Shown piece after piece: positions 50,021-63,970 of a stretch of 64,000 bases of DNA. The notes below the pieces were generated by a model. It ran no database searches. It saw only the letters and a list, made by a program, of their open reading frames with translations, and was not told the DNA's origin. The stretch lies in assembly GCA_024137785.1 (NCBI GenBank), contig JAHRHZ010000016.1, forward strand, positions 24,703,926 through 24,767,925, in the 5' to 3' direction. The stretch comes from Ginglymostoma cirratum (taxonomy: Eukaryota). Each line of letters begins with the position of its first letter. The stretch's first letter is position 1. Position numbers and translations under genes: made by a program.

Positions 50021-53000
50021 CATAGTTACCTCATTTATTTTAAAATACTATACTTAGGAGGAAAGCTAATTGCTAAATTGGCACAAAGTCATAATCATGT
50101 AGGTGGGTCTAACATTATGTTTATTCCTGACCTAGCATTATTGCTGCAATCAATGACTATAATGCTGAAAACCTGGGAAAATCTGAAAACTGATGAGGCA
50201 AAACCAAATGTAACTTTTTTAATTTTCTTGCACTTTCCGAGCCTTGTTTGCAAAGAACAGCGCTAGTAATAAGATTTGCCAAATAAAAAAGCAATCCAAG
50301 GGGACAGTCTTGAATCAAACAGAAGAACAAAAGATTTAGTGGTCCAGTATCAGGTCCAGATTTAAGAGAAGGTAGAATTCCAAGGTGCAATTCTGCTGAA
50401 AAATCCCTATCTCTCGAATTTGTAACCTAGGCCAATCATATAGAATACAAGATTTTCACTGTGTTTGGATGAGCTGATCAATCTTGCTTACTTCAGTGTG
50501 GCTGCTAATACAAGTACCATCCGTCCCTACTGGCTGTGGAACACTTTTCCTGGATTCTGCATCTGTGAGTGAAGATCTCCTATTAAAGAAAATGATTAGC
50601 CATTACTAGTAGATCTCTTCTGACACTGTCATGGGTAGTTCAAGGTCAGGACAACAGTTCCTGAAGCCTATTACATTTCCACAAGGTCTCTGATGAAGAG
50701 TCAAACTGTTGTTTCTGTTAATATACTGCATGCAGATTATATCTACATTATTCATTTTTAAGTCAGCATCGTTGTGCCTCCATGCTCAATGTCATTTTCC
50801 AGAAGGAAAGAAATGCCATGTGTTTTATTGACAACAGTGGCCCAAGTATACACAATCACAAATAACTGAAATGAGCCATAAATCAATTTTTTCTACAAGT
50901 ATCATTCATTCTCCCTTATTCTTTTAAGGATTGATCTGTTCTATTAGTTCCCATAAATCTTATTCTCAAACATAAACAGAGTCTTACCTTCAAATCCTGA
51001 CTAAGCCTGGTCCAACTTACTGAAAACAATCTAATGCACTATCAGTTGTCATTGGTCAATGCGTTTACTAGCAAGTACTTGGACAGAAGAAACACCATTA
51101 ATAAAAGAAGATTGCTGGAAACCAACAACCTTGTTTGTAAAGAATTTTTTCATTACTCTCAGTGGTAATTTTAAAAGAATATTTATTATCATACCAAAGG
51201 GAACAGTGTTGACCTACTTAGAAGTCAAAGAGTAAACAGAATTTTAAAAAACACTCTTCCAATCTCATTTTAGCATCACTGCTTCAGTGGAGGAATGTTA
51301 ATATTACAGTTTTACTTACAACTATGGTTTTCTACTCTTATCATCCTCAAAGACCCTATATTACGTGTCCCTGTTTCTGTACCATCCTTTAACTAACTTC
51401 GTATAGTGCTCCATTTGTGGCCAAACCAATATTTAATTATTTACTGGTCTATTTTATACTTCTATAGATAAATAATACCAACAAGATTTCAAGTTATGAC
51501 TTTATGCACCTGCATTCAAACATTTTCAAGAAAGTTATGTATTGAACCCAGAGTTCTGTTTATTCACATCCTTTAGCATCTTTCCATTGAGTGCATGCGC
51601 CAATTCCTTATTTTACTGTCAAAGTCTAACAAACACACTGTAATCTTTTCAGACCAGAACTTCCAAATTCAGGAACACCAGTTTATCTGAAATGTTTTCC
51701 AGCAGGCCCTACAATTCATGACCTGGTCAATCATGGCCCTGCAACTATCCTGAACTCACTGTATTGATGCTGCCACACAGCAAGAAATAGTTTGTGAACC
51801 TTAAGGGAGAGGGAGGCATGCCATGTTTGTGTGCTGCCATGGCACAGGCCGTGGCAGGCGAAGCGCAATTTAGTCAATGACTTGAATTTAGGGCAAAAGA
51901 AACGGGGAGTTCATTCAGCTGAGCCAGGAGGTGAGTGGCAGTTTCAAACTTTGCTGCATACTTGTTCCTGACGATTGTAAAGCTGCTCAACTTCATTGCT
52001 CGCAAGCTAGTGACTCTACAGGCACTGACAACTAATTCAAAAGTCAGGGAAGCTGATTACTATCGGTGTGTGTGGTGGGGGTTTGAGTGGGAATTGGGTG
52101 GGGGGTATTGCTTATTACTGTGCTCAGAGTTAAAGTAAGCTGATATTGGTAAATAATTTTGAAAACACTGGTAAAGTGAGTTCTGATTGACTAAGAACAT
52201 CAAATAAGTGCAACTGTCTTCAAAATATAAATGATGAATACATTGGGCTTTAAAGAATAGTTGTTGAAAGGAGGATACTGCTTAGTTTTTGTTGTTACTC
52301 CATTTTATTCTGGACCTAATTATAGTGAGATCCCCTTCTTGAAAGGGAAAAGGGATAAACATCTTGTAGAGAGGTTGAGAATCCATATTTTTCAAAAATA
52401 TTTGAAAAAGTGCACTTTCATATTGTAATACTACCTTCGCTATGTTTCATCTCTCAGGTACGTATTTATATCAGTTCACACACATTAGATTAGACAAGAT
52501 AACGTTACTGTATAATGCAGAAAATTGGAATTTAAAAATGCTTTTTGTTAGGAACAACATAGTAATTCAAATTTAATTTATATTTTGTATTTGCGTGCAT
52601 CAAAGAAGGGCTGAATATGGTTTTAGTTTCAAATTTTCAAGTGTTGTTTTTGTGATTTGATGTTAAGGAGTCTGTCTACTGTGATACAAGTTAATGATTT
52701 ATGTTTTTTTAAATACAGATTTTATTCTGTGTTAAAGTACTGGCATGTTTACGAAGGAAATAAAATCACAGTCTACCAAACCTGAAATCTTTTTGTCCAG
52801 TATTAACATCAAATGAGATTATGGTATTATGAACGAAGACAATCCAGACTGGAGAGGTTACAGTAAATATGATGGCATCAAGTGGAGGTAACATGGACTC
52901 CCAGTGTACATGCTTTCAATCTTCTCCAACATAAATTGTCCACTATTAGCCATTTGTTGCTGTTTCATCCATACTGTGTCAACAAATATACAAACCAAAA

Positions 53001-53510
53001 CAATGCAGATCCTGGGAAATGTGAAATCTATCAGATAATTCTAGAAATACTTAAATAATGAGGCTTCTGTACAGAAACCTGAAGCGTTAACATGGTTTCC
53101 ATTGCTTAGATTGTAATAGTGAGAGTGGATTGTCCATCTTATAACGCCAACTTGATTCTCATTCTATTTAAACTTTTTAGTAATCTACTCCATCAGGTTG
53201 GCACCAAGGCGATAAAGTTAAAAACTAAACTGGAAATTTCAGGTGTAGATATCTTATCAAAAATTACTTATGAAACACATCAGAAGGGAGTAGGGATGCG
53301 AAAAGCTCAAGAAAGACAATTGCGTAAGAGAAGGAAATATAGTGACCTTTACAATCCTACACACAAATTAAAAGTACACTCAAGAAAAAAATTGAGGCAC
53401 ACAGAGCATTTGTCTAAACTCACTGTGATAATGTGCCAGAAATCAAACTACTACTCCTGCACTCGACACAAGTGTGAAAAGATTTAATCAAACTTTCCAA
53501 TTTACCTGAC

Positions 53511-54330
53511 TGATGAACCGAGGTTAAAATAAAATGCTCATCAGGTTTCTGTACGTAAGAAAACAGCCATTTATTACACACAGATCTTTTTTAACTAATG
53601 GAATAAAAGAAAACACAAATTGCTAACTTACAACTCTCTGTAACTAAAAATCTACCACTTTCAAGAAACTCCCATAAACATAAACAGACATATGAACAGA
53701 TAAGATTCAACTATTATGGGAGGCAAAGAAACAAAAAAATGTTAGTGAAGCACAGTCTGGGACCAGTCCAGATTAGACACTTTTCCTTCAGTTCCATTCC
53801 AGCTCTTTTCCACTCATTGAGGAAGACATGTGTTATAGACACAACAATTCTCAAACCTTCATTCACCAATTGAGGATCTGCTTTTCACTGTCTCTGAAGG
53901 TGATTTTTCCCTTTCAAGGGAATTTGGCTGATTGGAATATCATTTTAGCTCTCTTTCTATACTGTGAATGGAGAAATATTTTTTCATTTACAGTTTGGAT
54001 GTTTCTGCTGCATTGTCCAAACACAAAGCTGTAGCCCCTTGCCCATGAACAAAATCAAGAGGTTATTATACTTTGTACTCCTGAATAATAACCACTGGTC
54101 CTGGTAGAAAAACCAACCAAAAATATGTCAATGGGCTAATCTGCCTCTGCACACAAACCCACTGACCCAAGATGTCTAACACCCTTGTCTACTTCAATAA
54201 GGTCACACAATGAGTTTGAGTAACATTTTTTTCCAGAAATTGCAACATCTTCTACAGTCCCTTGACTTAAAACAGTATCTGGTCCCATTTTTTAAGTCCA
54301 CAGTGCAAGAAATACAAATAGTGATTACAA
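53511..54330. mobile_element. Possible solo LTR
   Basis: TG start and composition similar to the LTR at 15295 (attta..aca, taactt...ctct, cacaaac). The ends are uncertain. Confidence 0.35.
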
Positions 54331-56150
54331 TGTAAATAGTCAAAGCGCTTTGGGTGAGATGATAACTAAGGCAGTTTGAAAAATAAGTGTCAAAGCATAT
54401 ATGCCTAGTGGCCCAGGAATTGACACACAGGAACAGACGGAAATATCATTACAGTCTGCATGTGTTTTCTTGTCACCCTTATTCAACTCTTTTTAAAACG
54501 TTGTTCTTCTGTAATTTCTACAATGATTATGTGTTGACAATTGAAACAAATATCTCCTCTCTGCAGATATTGATTAAATGCTGCATGTTTCGGTTTCTGT
54601 TTTTACTTCATATTTAAAATGACTACATTTCCTATATTACATTTTCCCCCAGCTCTTATTTGAGACCACAACGAATTGCAGGTTTACAGGCTGACCCCCA
54701 CAACACAATAATATTAAAACATTGTAGTACCATGAAATCTGTCGTAAGATTCACAACTATTTTACTGAAATACTTTTATTGAGTTTTGAAGGGTTGGTCA
54801 TCTCATCTGCTTTCTGAAAGAAATTTGCCATTCTATCCAAGCCAATTTTTAAAACAATTACATCCTAAAATCTTAGAAAAAAATTGTCTGAAGAAGGAAC
54901 ACACTTCTACTTCACCATTGTAAATTACAAAACAGGGAAAGCCACTAACATTCTATCTGAATAGGCTTGTGATGTTTCAAATCAAAACAACCTGAGCATA
55001 CTAGATTGATATCTTTGAACGTGGCTCAGTTTTCTCCCCTTAACAGGCAGATAATTTAAATATTATTTTATCACTCCAGTCGACTGATCTGCATTTAATT
55101 GTGGAATGTAAGTCAAATGGCAACTGCTTTCAAAGTAAAACTTTGCATACCATTTCAATAACGCAAAGTATTAGTCAAACAAACATGATCTGATAAAATT
55201 CATATCAGAATTAGCCTTATTAAACAAACTAGGTGACTTTTACTAAAATTAACACCAATCTTCAAACAATACTTGTTGCATATCCTTCAAAGATGACGAC
55301 GTTTAAAATGTAACCAACTGAATTTCATGTTCATTAACATATCGGCTTCTATAAAACGTATTTTACAATATCAAATATGACAGAAGTCTGTTTGCTTCTT
55401 TCATAACAATATAATTGACATTAACTATCCTATGAACAATCTGGCAAGCCATTCAGTTGCACCAAAACCCCTACAAAACGAAAGGAAGGATCGACACCCG
55501 ACAGAGCACAGGCATTAACTTGGACACAAGAATCAACAAAGGCAAACCAAGCCATATTAATCCTGCAAAGTTCTCCCAAATAACATGTGAGGGCTTGTAC
55601 AAAAGTGAGAGAGCAATCCCATAAACTAGTCAAGCAACACTCTGAAATGTAATTTTTCCAGAATCATACTTACAGACAATGGCTTAGACATCACTATCAC
55701 CAACACCATTCCCAACTGTGTCCTGACTCACTGGCAGGACAGACACACCAGAAGAAGTGGCAATACCATGAAATGTCATCTGGAGGGGACTGCCCTGCAA
55801 TTCCTCAACTTTACCGTGGACCTCTCATGGCATCAAGTCAAACATGGGCAAGGAAACTTCCGGCTGATTATCCACCACCACCTCCTTTTGGATGATGAAT
55901 TAGTACTTCACCGTGGTGAACGCCATTTGGAGGATGCACTGAGTATTGCAAGGGCAGAGAGAACGTATCATGGGTGGGAGACTTGGCCCAGTATTGCCAC
56001 TGTTGACCAAGCTGACCGAGTCCTAAAGGACACAATTGCTAATCTGGCTCAGATACTGAGGAAACCAACAAAATGAGGAAAAAACAACTTACTGACCTCG
56101 TCCTCACCAATTACAGTATCAGTAGGAATGACAATTCAGGAGTGACAATC

Positions 56151-56312
56151 TACTGTTCCCTCTAATTTTCTTTCTGGCTACGTTTTCTTTCTACCTCTGA
56201 GGCGCATGTGTGACAGTGGTATTAGGAACTGAAAGCCAATGCTGCAATCACCAAGCATGGAACCTTGAGTGGCTGCACACACATGCAGCCACACAGCTTT
56301 GAGGGAACACTG
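56151..56312. mobile_element. Small MITE with terminal inverted repeats of about 15 bp (hAT-like)
   Basis: tactgttccctctaa ... tttgagggaacactg. No clear target-site duplication. Confidence 0.5.
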
Positions 56313-56537
56313 GTATCGTAATCATGGAAATTAAGTCCTGTCTTCACATTGAGGATACCTCTGTTATGCTGTTGTTATACTACCACCACGATAACAGGAA
56401 AAACTTTAAGTATATCTAACAACTCAAAACTGGGCAAAGGCCATCAGCAGCTGAATTGTATTGAACCATGTTGTGTAAGTTCATGGTCCAGAATATTCCC
56501 TACTTTACCAACACCATCAAGCTAACAGATCAATCCT

Positions 56538-57431
56538 TGTAAAGACTTTTTTTGTGCTTTTTAAAAACTACAGACTGAAATGAGAAAGAACAATTTTAAA
56601 CCCAGACGTTAACATGAATGGCTGCATATTTTGAAAGCAATTAATTTGATACCCATTGTAAATCTGTTTGCGTAACTGTGGGTTCCAGCAACAAGCAGAA
56701 GAAGTGAAGCACAGGGGCTGTTTACAAGTGAAGCTGACTGGCTTGTGTACTAGGGACCAATTATCAATAACATAAGTCCCCTGCTTGCCAACAATTATGT
56801 GATTGGTTTTCAGGTATTTGAACAGTGTGGGCTGTTAACAGAAAGGAGCTAGTTAGGACCAGAAGAGAAACCAGCAGATCTGCAGTGGCCCTCACTTATT
56901 TCTTTACAGTAAGCCACTTTAAAACTCAAGAAAAACCAGCTTGTATTTTCTTCAGCTGATTTGCAATATCTGACTTTGAACCGAATAAGTTAGAGAGCTT
57001 TGATAAATGAAGACCTCTAGCAGCCCAGTGGAAGATTTCAGAAAGAAGTTGAGGGGAAATTTTCGGATCAGCGAGCATAAACCCAACAGATCGAGAACAA
57101 AGATCATACAACTGTTTTTCCAGTTTTCTTCAAGCCTGTTTATCTCTACCCGTCAGTGTGCATGTATAAGGGGGAGTTTATAAGGGATTTAAGAGTTTTA
57201 ATTTGTGGAGTTTAAACTACACTTAATTGTTTACCTGTAACTAGAATCTAAATGCTTGCAAGAAACAGCGATTCCTAGTAAGTACAGACAGACATTGAGT
57301 CCATTTCTATCAATCTGGATAGGATAAATCAGGTGGCTTGAGGATTTTGCACATTTCTTTTAAAAACTCGTGTGATGACTCCAGGAATAGAGGGGTTTGA
57401 TTTAATTGCGCTACCCCAAAGAGTCACGACA
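56538..57431 (+). mobile_element. Solo LTR inserted into the LINE
   Basis: TGTAAAGAC...GTCACGACA termini. The flanks gatcaatcct | tctggttcaatg rejoin into continuous LINE sequence. Confidence 0.6.
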
Positions 57432-58139
57432 TCTGGTTCAATGATATGTGCAGAAGGGCATTGCAGGAGCAGCATTGCTCACACAGAAAAATGAAGTGTG
57501 AACTTGTTGAAGCTGAAAAAACAGGACTACTTGCACCTCAAGCAGTGTAAGCAGAATGCAACAGACCAATGCAGAATCCAAGTGATTCTTCAACTGACAG
57601 ATCAGATCTAAGTTCTGCAGTCCTGCCACATTCAGTTGTAAAAAGATCATGGCAGCTGAAAAACATGAAGAATACTCCTCAGCACTGTGAGAGGCCAGTA
57701 AATCAAAAAGAGAAAGCTGAAGCATTTGCACCTAAGTTAAGCAAAAGTGTTCAGTGGATGATTCATCTCGCCCTCCTCCTGGGGGTCCTAGCATCAGAGA
57801 TGCCAGTAATCAGCTAATTAAATACACTCAACCTGATATCAAGAAACAGTTGAAGGCACTGAAGGGCTATAAGTTTTCACAACCTTCTGGCAGTAGGACC
57901 AAAGACTTGTGCTCCAGTACTAGCCTCATCAGTAGTGAAGCTGCTCCAGCACAGCTACATTATCATCTGCCCAAAAATGAAAATTGCTTAGGAATGTCTG
58001 TTCACAAAAAACAGGTAAATCAAAGATTGTCAATTACTATGATATTGGTTTACACTTGATCATCAGTAAAAAGATGAAAGGGGTTGTTGCTATTAAGTGA
58101 TCAAGAACATTTGTTTCAATGATCCTTAGCTGGAGTTCA

Positions 58140-58900
58140 AGGGTACCACACTGGAGTCATCAGCTCAGCCTTGAGCTACTAACCCCAGTTTTATGGGGGT
58201 CTCAAAAGATCTGTGGAGACCAGGAGTGGTAGCAGAATGTAGGCATCACAAGAGCTCTCTGGGTGAGCATACACAGAAGATAAGTTTCCTTTAGTCGCAC
58301 GCCAATTGTGCCTTAATGCAGGGGTATATTTTCTGTTGATGGTGAATGATACAGGCTGGTCCAAAGTTGGCTTGATTCCCATATGTGTGCAATTTAAGTC
58401 CCTGCATTTGGAGGTGTCTTGAAATGGCCCAAAAGCTCAGTTAGTTCAGTCTGGGTCTCAGGGTCTATTCTGTATCAGACAAACTCTCCAGCCTTTTTAA
58501 ACAGGGCACACTGTCACATCTGGTGATGAACGGCTGCCTAAAGGATGCCACACAATTATCTGCTGAGTTCTGGAAGAAGCTTAACATGGTTGTCACTTTG
58601 AAGGCTACAGCATTAGGGCTCCTATAAGTCCCAGGGCCTTCAGCAGTGCACACTGCATGGTGACAGTCTCTCAAAATGCCAATATTTATTGCAGATGTTG
58701 TTTTCAAGTTTGTGGATGGAGTGGAGGTAAAACCTGAATACGCTGCATAACTTTACGGAGATAGCAAAGAATCTTTGTTTCTCTGGCCTATCCTCAGCAT
58801 TTGCAGCAGCAGACTGTGATGGTCTTCTGTCTTTCATGCATCTGAACACAGTTCCAGCCTCTTTCGGTATTTCGTCCGCATCAGGGGGATCCTCATTCCT
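58140..58900 (-). mobile_element. PIF/Harbinger transposase fossil
   Basis: Minus strand, frameshifted: VAFKVTTMLSFF, LNCTHMGIKP (compare IDCTHxxI), INRK, AQLACD, and VYAHPESSCDAYIL (compare ARxPGSxHDAxIL). Confidence 0.7.
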
Positions 58901-58924
58901 ACCAGGGCGCCAGGAACACTGGCT

Positions 58925-60420
58925 GTTTGAGACTTCAGAAGTTCAAGTACAAAGAGTTTTAAACGTCACAAACAAATGCAGAAAATAATCAGGAAAGGGA
59001 ATGGAATGCTGGTCTTTACAAGAAGACTGGAGTACAAGGATACCAAAGTTGTGCTGCCATTATGCAAAACCCTGATTAAACCCCACTTGGAGTACTGTAA
59101 GCAAATCTCGGCCCCACGTTTTAGGAAGGGTATACTGACCTTGAAGTAAGTACATTGTAGGTTTACAGGAATGATACATGGACTTCAGGAGTTATGAGGA
59201 GAGATTATACAAATTGGGCCTATTTTCTCCAGAATTCATAAGGTTAACTCTTCAAGATATTAACAAAAAAAGACAGGGCAGATAAACTATTTCCACTGAT
59301 TGGGCATTCTAGAATTCTAGGGTGAGTGCGAGAAGTACAGCCAGACCATTCAGGGAAATGTTGGGAAGCACTTCTACACAGAAAGTGTGGCAGATGTTTG
59401 GAATTCTCTTCCACAAATGGCAGTAGATGCTGGATCGTTTTTTTTTATTTTTTGCTGAGCAAAAGTATTAATGGATATGGGCCAAAGACAAATATATGGA
59501 GTTAGGTCACAAATCAGCCATAATCTCACTGAATGGTGGAACAGACTTGAGGGGCTGAATAGCCTACTCCTGTTCATATGTTGGCCTTTAAGATGGATGA
59601 ATATATTGGAAGTAATTCAGAGAAGGTTTATCCAACCAATACTTGGAATGGGATGGTTGACTTTATGGGGGTTGGTGGTGGAGGGGGGGGGAGGGTGCTT
59701 GCATCCATTTGGGGATTAGATTAGTAGGAGGTGACATGATTGAAACATTTACAATCTTGAGGGTGGGCAGGGTAGATGTGGACAGGATGGCTCCTTTTAT
59801 GACTGGGATTTACTGTTTAGAAATCAGGACTCCCATAAAAACAAAAATTGAGCATTTTTTTTCCTTTCTCAAAGAGGATCGTGGTCTTTGGTATTCTCGT
59901 CCTGAAAAAGTGAAGGACATCTTTGGCAATGCAAACTCCAGGGACTGATTAGACTACGCCTGTTTCCTAATTCTTATGTTTATATGTGAAGGCACTTGAG
60001 AGAGTGCAGATGAAATGTACAAGAATTATTCCAGGAATAAAGAATTTCAGTTATACAATTATCAAGATAGACTGGAAAAGTTAGGACTGTTGTTTTCCTT
60101 GGAGGAAAAGAGATCTAATAGAAGTATGCAAAACATGAGAGATTAAGACACAGTAGTTAGGGAAAAAACATTCCATTTATGTAAAGATTAAGAATGAGAG
60201 ACTGCAGATTTAAGCTAATTGGCAAAAGCAAAAGCAACAGGAAGAAAAACTTTTTCATGCAGCAGTGCTTAATGTCTAAATTATGTCATCTGACAGTGTT
60301 GTGGAGGCAGATTCAATGATGGCATTCAAAAGGAAATTAAAGCCATGTGGAAATGAACAGTGTGCAGGGTTATGTGGAGAAGACAGGAGAATGGTGCAAA
60401 GTAAAATGTTCATTCAGACA
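58925..60420 (+). mobile_element. Stacked CR1 3' fragments
   Basis: PHLEYC, QRRF and SVVEADSMMAFKRKL motifs, with several 3' tails (gggctgaatagcctactcctg). Confidence 0.8.
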
Positions 60421-60739
60421 TACAACACTGGAATAATTAAGAGATTCTATAAGGGATGGACAACACTTGTATTGATCCAGGTGCTCCGCAGATGTCAAGA
60501 CCCTGGCAAGGACACGTTCAGCACTGGTTCCCTGGATTTTGAGAAACATCTGGCACTTGTTTGAGCTGCTGCTCCACAGATATCAAGCTCCTGTGGCCAG
60601 TTAAATCTGCCTATTCTCTTCAAAATTCCCCTCAACTGTCCAAAGATCACCCTTTCCTCCCAAAATCATCCTCCATCCAGTGATTCTCTTCCTCCCTCAT
60701 GAGGAATCATAGGCTCCTCACATACCACTTCAAACACAA

Positions 60740-61265
60740 TGACTGATTGGAGAGGTAGCTCTGAGTGATTCATCTTTTCTTGATACATTGGCTTACCTGC
60801 ACACCACTGGCTTTAAACAGTCAGCATTAAATTCCAGCCCTGCTAGTGGCAGTTTTCTGACAATGACAATTGTCTGCACTGTGTTAGGTGCACTGTGTGG
60901 GTATGTCTTAGGAGTCTTATTCTGGCATGACAGTCACTGCTTCACTTTCTACAAAGCAAGATGCAGGCTGAGAAAGTGAACAACTTGTTGGCTTGTTTTC
61001 TCTCAGTCCTCCTCTTGGCCAGTTGAGGTTTCATTTTTGTTTGCTTCTTCCAATGCCCTTGCAAACAGTCAGCTGCTAGAGATCACCATTATCAGCAGCC
61101 ATTTCCCAGTTACCACTGTCAATGGCTGCCAAATTCTTACAGGTGTCCTTGTAGCAAAAGTGTCACTGCCCATGAAGTTGTGACCTAATGGCCAGAACAA
61201 AGGTTTTCCAGGCCTGTGGGTATGCAGCCATCATCCATCTATTCAACAAGGCTGCGTCAATGTAG
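60740..61265 (-). mobile_element. RTE-clade LINE 3' end remnant
   Basis: Minus strand WEMAADN.DL...V.KG motif, followed by a Cys/His-rich tail. Confidence 0.5.
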
Positions 61266-63099
61266 AATCCTAGATCATCCTCATAAATAAGACTAAACTC
61301 CACATTTTTAATAATAAAACAGAAGTTCTGCTATCCAATAGAAGGTTCACCACACAACTGAATAAATGACATCTATAATGCCAGTAAAAAGTAGTACACA
61401 ATTTAAGCCCTATACTTAGTTCAGTACAAAAAGAATTATACTGTTATCAGTTCACCTTTAATGCAACTAGTTGAACACGACAATGATGAAAATAGGTAAA
61501 ACCAAATGCAAGATGACTTTCCATGATTATAGAAAGAAAATCTTAACTTATGCTCAACCAATCTGGTTACCAAGACAAGAGATGCTGCTCATTTCGCTTG
61601 GCTGTCCATTATGGCGTACTTTCCACAACTCAAAAACAACAGAAAAAGGTAAGATGATTTCAGATATTTTATAAGACACTTTGTACTAATGGTATAGAAT
61701 AAAAATTGGAGACAGAAAACTAATTTTGAATCATTGCTGTTATGGAAAACATAAACCAACAGAAACTTTCCTCTTTTCTGAAAACCTCAATGTTAACCTT
61801 TGGAAGCAAGTGTAACATAATCTTACTAAAATCATCAACATCAAACTTGTTGGATAGAAAAAGAAGCAGCTCTGCATTAAGAAATCAGTCAAATTAGTCA
61901 ATATATTTCAAATAGTCATGAAAACAACAGGAGAATTTTGCAAAGCATGGAATTTGAAGGTGGTTATCCTTTCTCTTAAAGCAACCAGTTGGGGAACTCT
62001 GGGTGTAAGACATCAGAAAAGGAAGAAATTATATAGTGGAAGAAAAGAACTACCTAGGAATATTACGCACACCTGTATAAATATATTTTTGTGGTTGCAC
62101 ACCAGCTGCACAGCGCTGGAGTCTAAGCCCTTGTAATTGACCATCACTCCTCAGTTATCTGAACATGCCTTAATCACCAAGGCTCAGTGTTCTTGGGCCT
62201 CTGATGATGATGCATTTCTTTAATTAAGATTTTTTTTTGGTATGGAGCTGATCAGTTATAGGGCTGAATCTTAGCCAGAAAAAAGTCAGTCTGAATTTCA
62301 TCAAGTCATTAGGAGGGTCTTTTGCTGCAAGGTCTAATAGGTTTTCTCACTGTATCTTACTGAACTCACCACGGTAACTTCCCAATCCACCCTATAGCAT
62401 CTCTCCAACTGATATCTCGCCACATGCAATTCCAGGAATACTGGTCACTGCCGGAATATCTCAGAGTAGACCAGCATCCCTGGCAGCAGCCTAGACAAGC
62501 ACTGTCAGTCTGGAACTGACTTTGGATTTTTGGCACCCTGCTTTGCAGGTTGGTACCTGGAAAGATCCTGTTGGACAATTTGGTGCACATGCAAGATGTC
62601 CCCTTCCCCCAAGACCAGATTGGAAGCCATGATATCAGCCCTTACAAGCCTGATCTAAGGTGCCATCCAGGTCTCAGCCATCTGGAGAAATGCACTGCAA
62701 TACAGAGAGAAGGTCAATGACCCGCGACTCCATCAGCATGTGTGGCACTATGTTCTCTACAATACCACATACTAATTCTACCTCTGCTATTGCAATCATC
62801 TCCTTCTAAGACTTATGATGTACCACTCTTACTATTGCCTGCAACATTTTCCTTCACTCAATCTTACCTACTTGAACTCCTGACACCACTAATCCTGCAT
62901 GACGTCTGCAGAGCCTACTCACTCACTTGGGATATCTCCCCACTTGCACTAGAAGTAATAGCTGTGCGCCCACTTTCATCTACCCAAACAGCTCAATTTC
63001 ACTCGTCCCAGGAGGAAAACAGCTCCCAAACAAGGAGCTACAAATCCTACTTGCAGACATTACACCACAAGAGGAAAGTTACCAAGGCACTTTGAAAAG

Positions 63100-63720
63100 A
63101 GGGTGATCACACCCCTCAGATCAGGCAATTCAAAACCAGTCTGTGACCATGGACAGGAGAATGTGACAGCAGATGAGGCAGGTATAAGAACCCAGGAGGG
63201 TTACAATTAAGGGGCCTCAGCCCCAGCAATTGTCCACGTTATGAGGCTCTTGCAAGATGTGGGGACATGCTGAAACCTGCAAGAAAGATGAGCAAACTGA
63301 CCATGGCAACTCAATACAGGGAATCAATGGTGGTGGTGGTGGCAGTGGGTGGAATTAGAAATGTTACTTTTGTTGTAGGAACAATATAGTTAGGGAGATG
63401 TATATTGTTCTCTGCAGTCATTAATGGAAATCCAGAAGGCTGTGTTGCCTGCTCAGTGCAAAGGTTAAGGAATCTCTACAGGTCTGGGGAAGAACTTCAG
63501 AGGGCGATAGGAGGGACCCAGTAGTCGTTGTCCACATTGATACCAATAACATTGGCAGGTCTAGAGAGGAGGTCCTGCAGAAAGACTCTGAGCAGTTAGT
63601 ATTTAAAAAGCAGAACCTCCAAGGTAATAATTTCAAGATTATTACTTGAGCCACAGGCAAACTGGCATAGGATAAATAAAGTCAAAGAGTTAAAACTTTG
63701 GCTTAAAGATTGGTGTATCT
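63100..63720 (+). mobile_element. CR1 ORF1 (SGNH esterase-like) remnant
   Basis: CCLLSAKVK...PVVVVHIDTNNIGR...KVIISRLL motifs. Confidence 0.7.
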
Positions 63721-63970
63721 GAAGATGAGTGAAGTCTTGGCATTCCTGATGCCATGCCACATGGTAACAGGATCAAATTTTGCAGTCACATGGCTCACAA
63801 CATTCTTTTGTTAATTTCAACATTGACTTATCAATTTCTAACTCAGACAGTCCTAATTCATCATTTTTCATTTCCCACAGGCAGGAAGCGGATGAAGATA
63901 TCTCAGAGGAAGTCAATTATTCTGAGGGGGCACGATCGTAAGAATCATGCAGTAATTCATTTACATATAC

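Larger units (their letters stand above)
55430..58110 (+). mobile_element. Decayed non-LTR retrotransposon (endonuclease/RT region) split by nested insertions
   Basis: SWHQVKHGQGN, DLVLTN, PWF, EKAEAFA and IKKQLKAL motifs continue across the inserts at 56151-56312 and 56538-57431. Confidence 0.65.

Noticed and set aside
50988-51019. Strong donor AAG|gtaaga with a nearby acceptor
   Set aside because: The 32-nt exon would break the frame, and it shows no homology.
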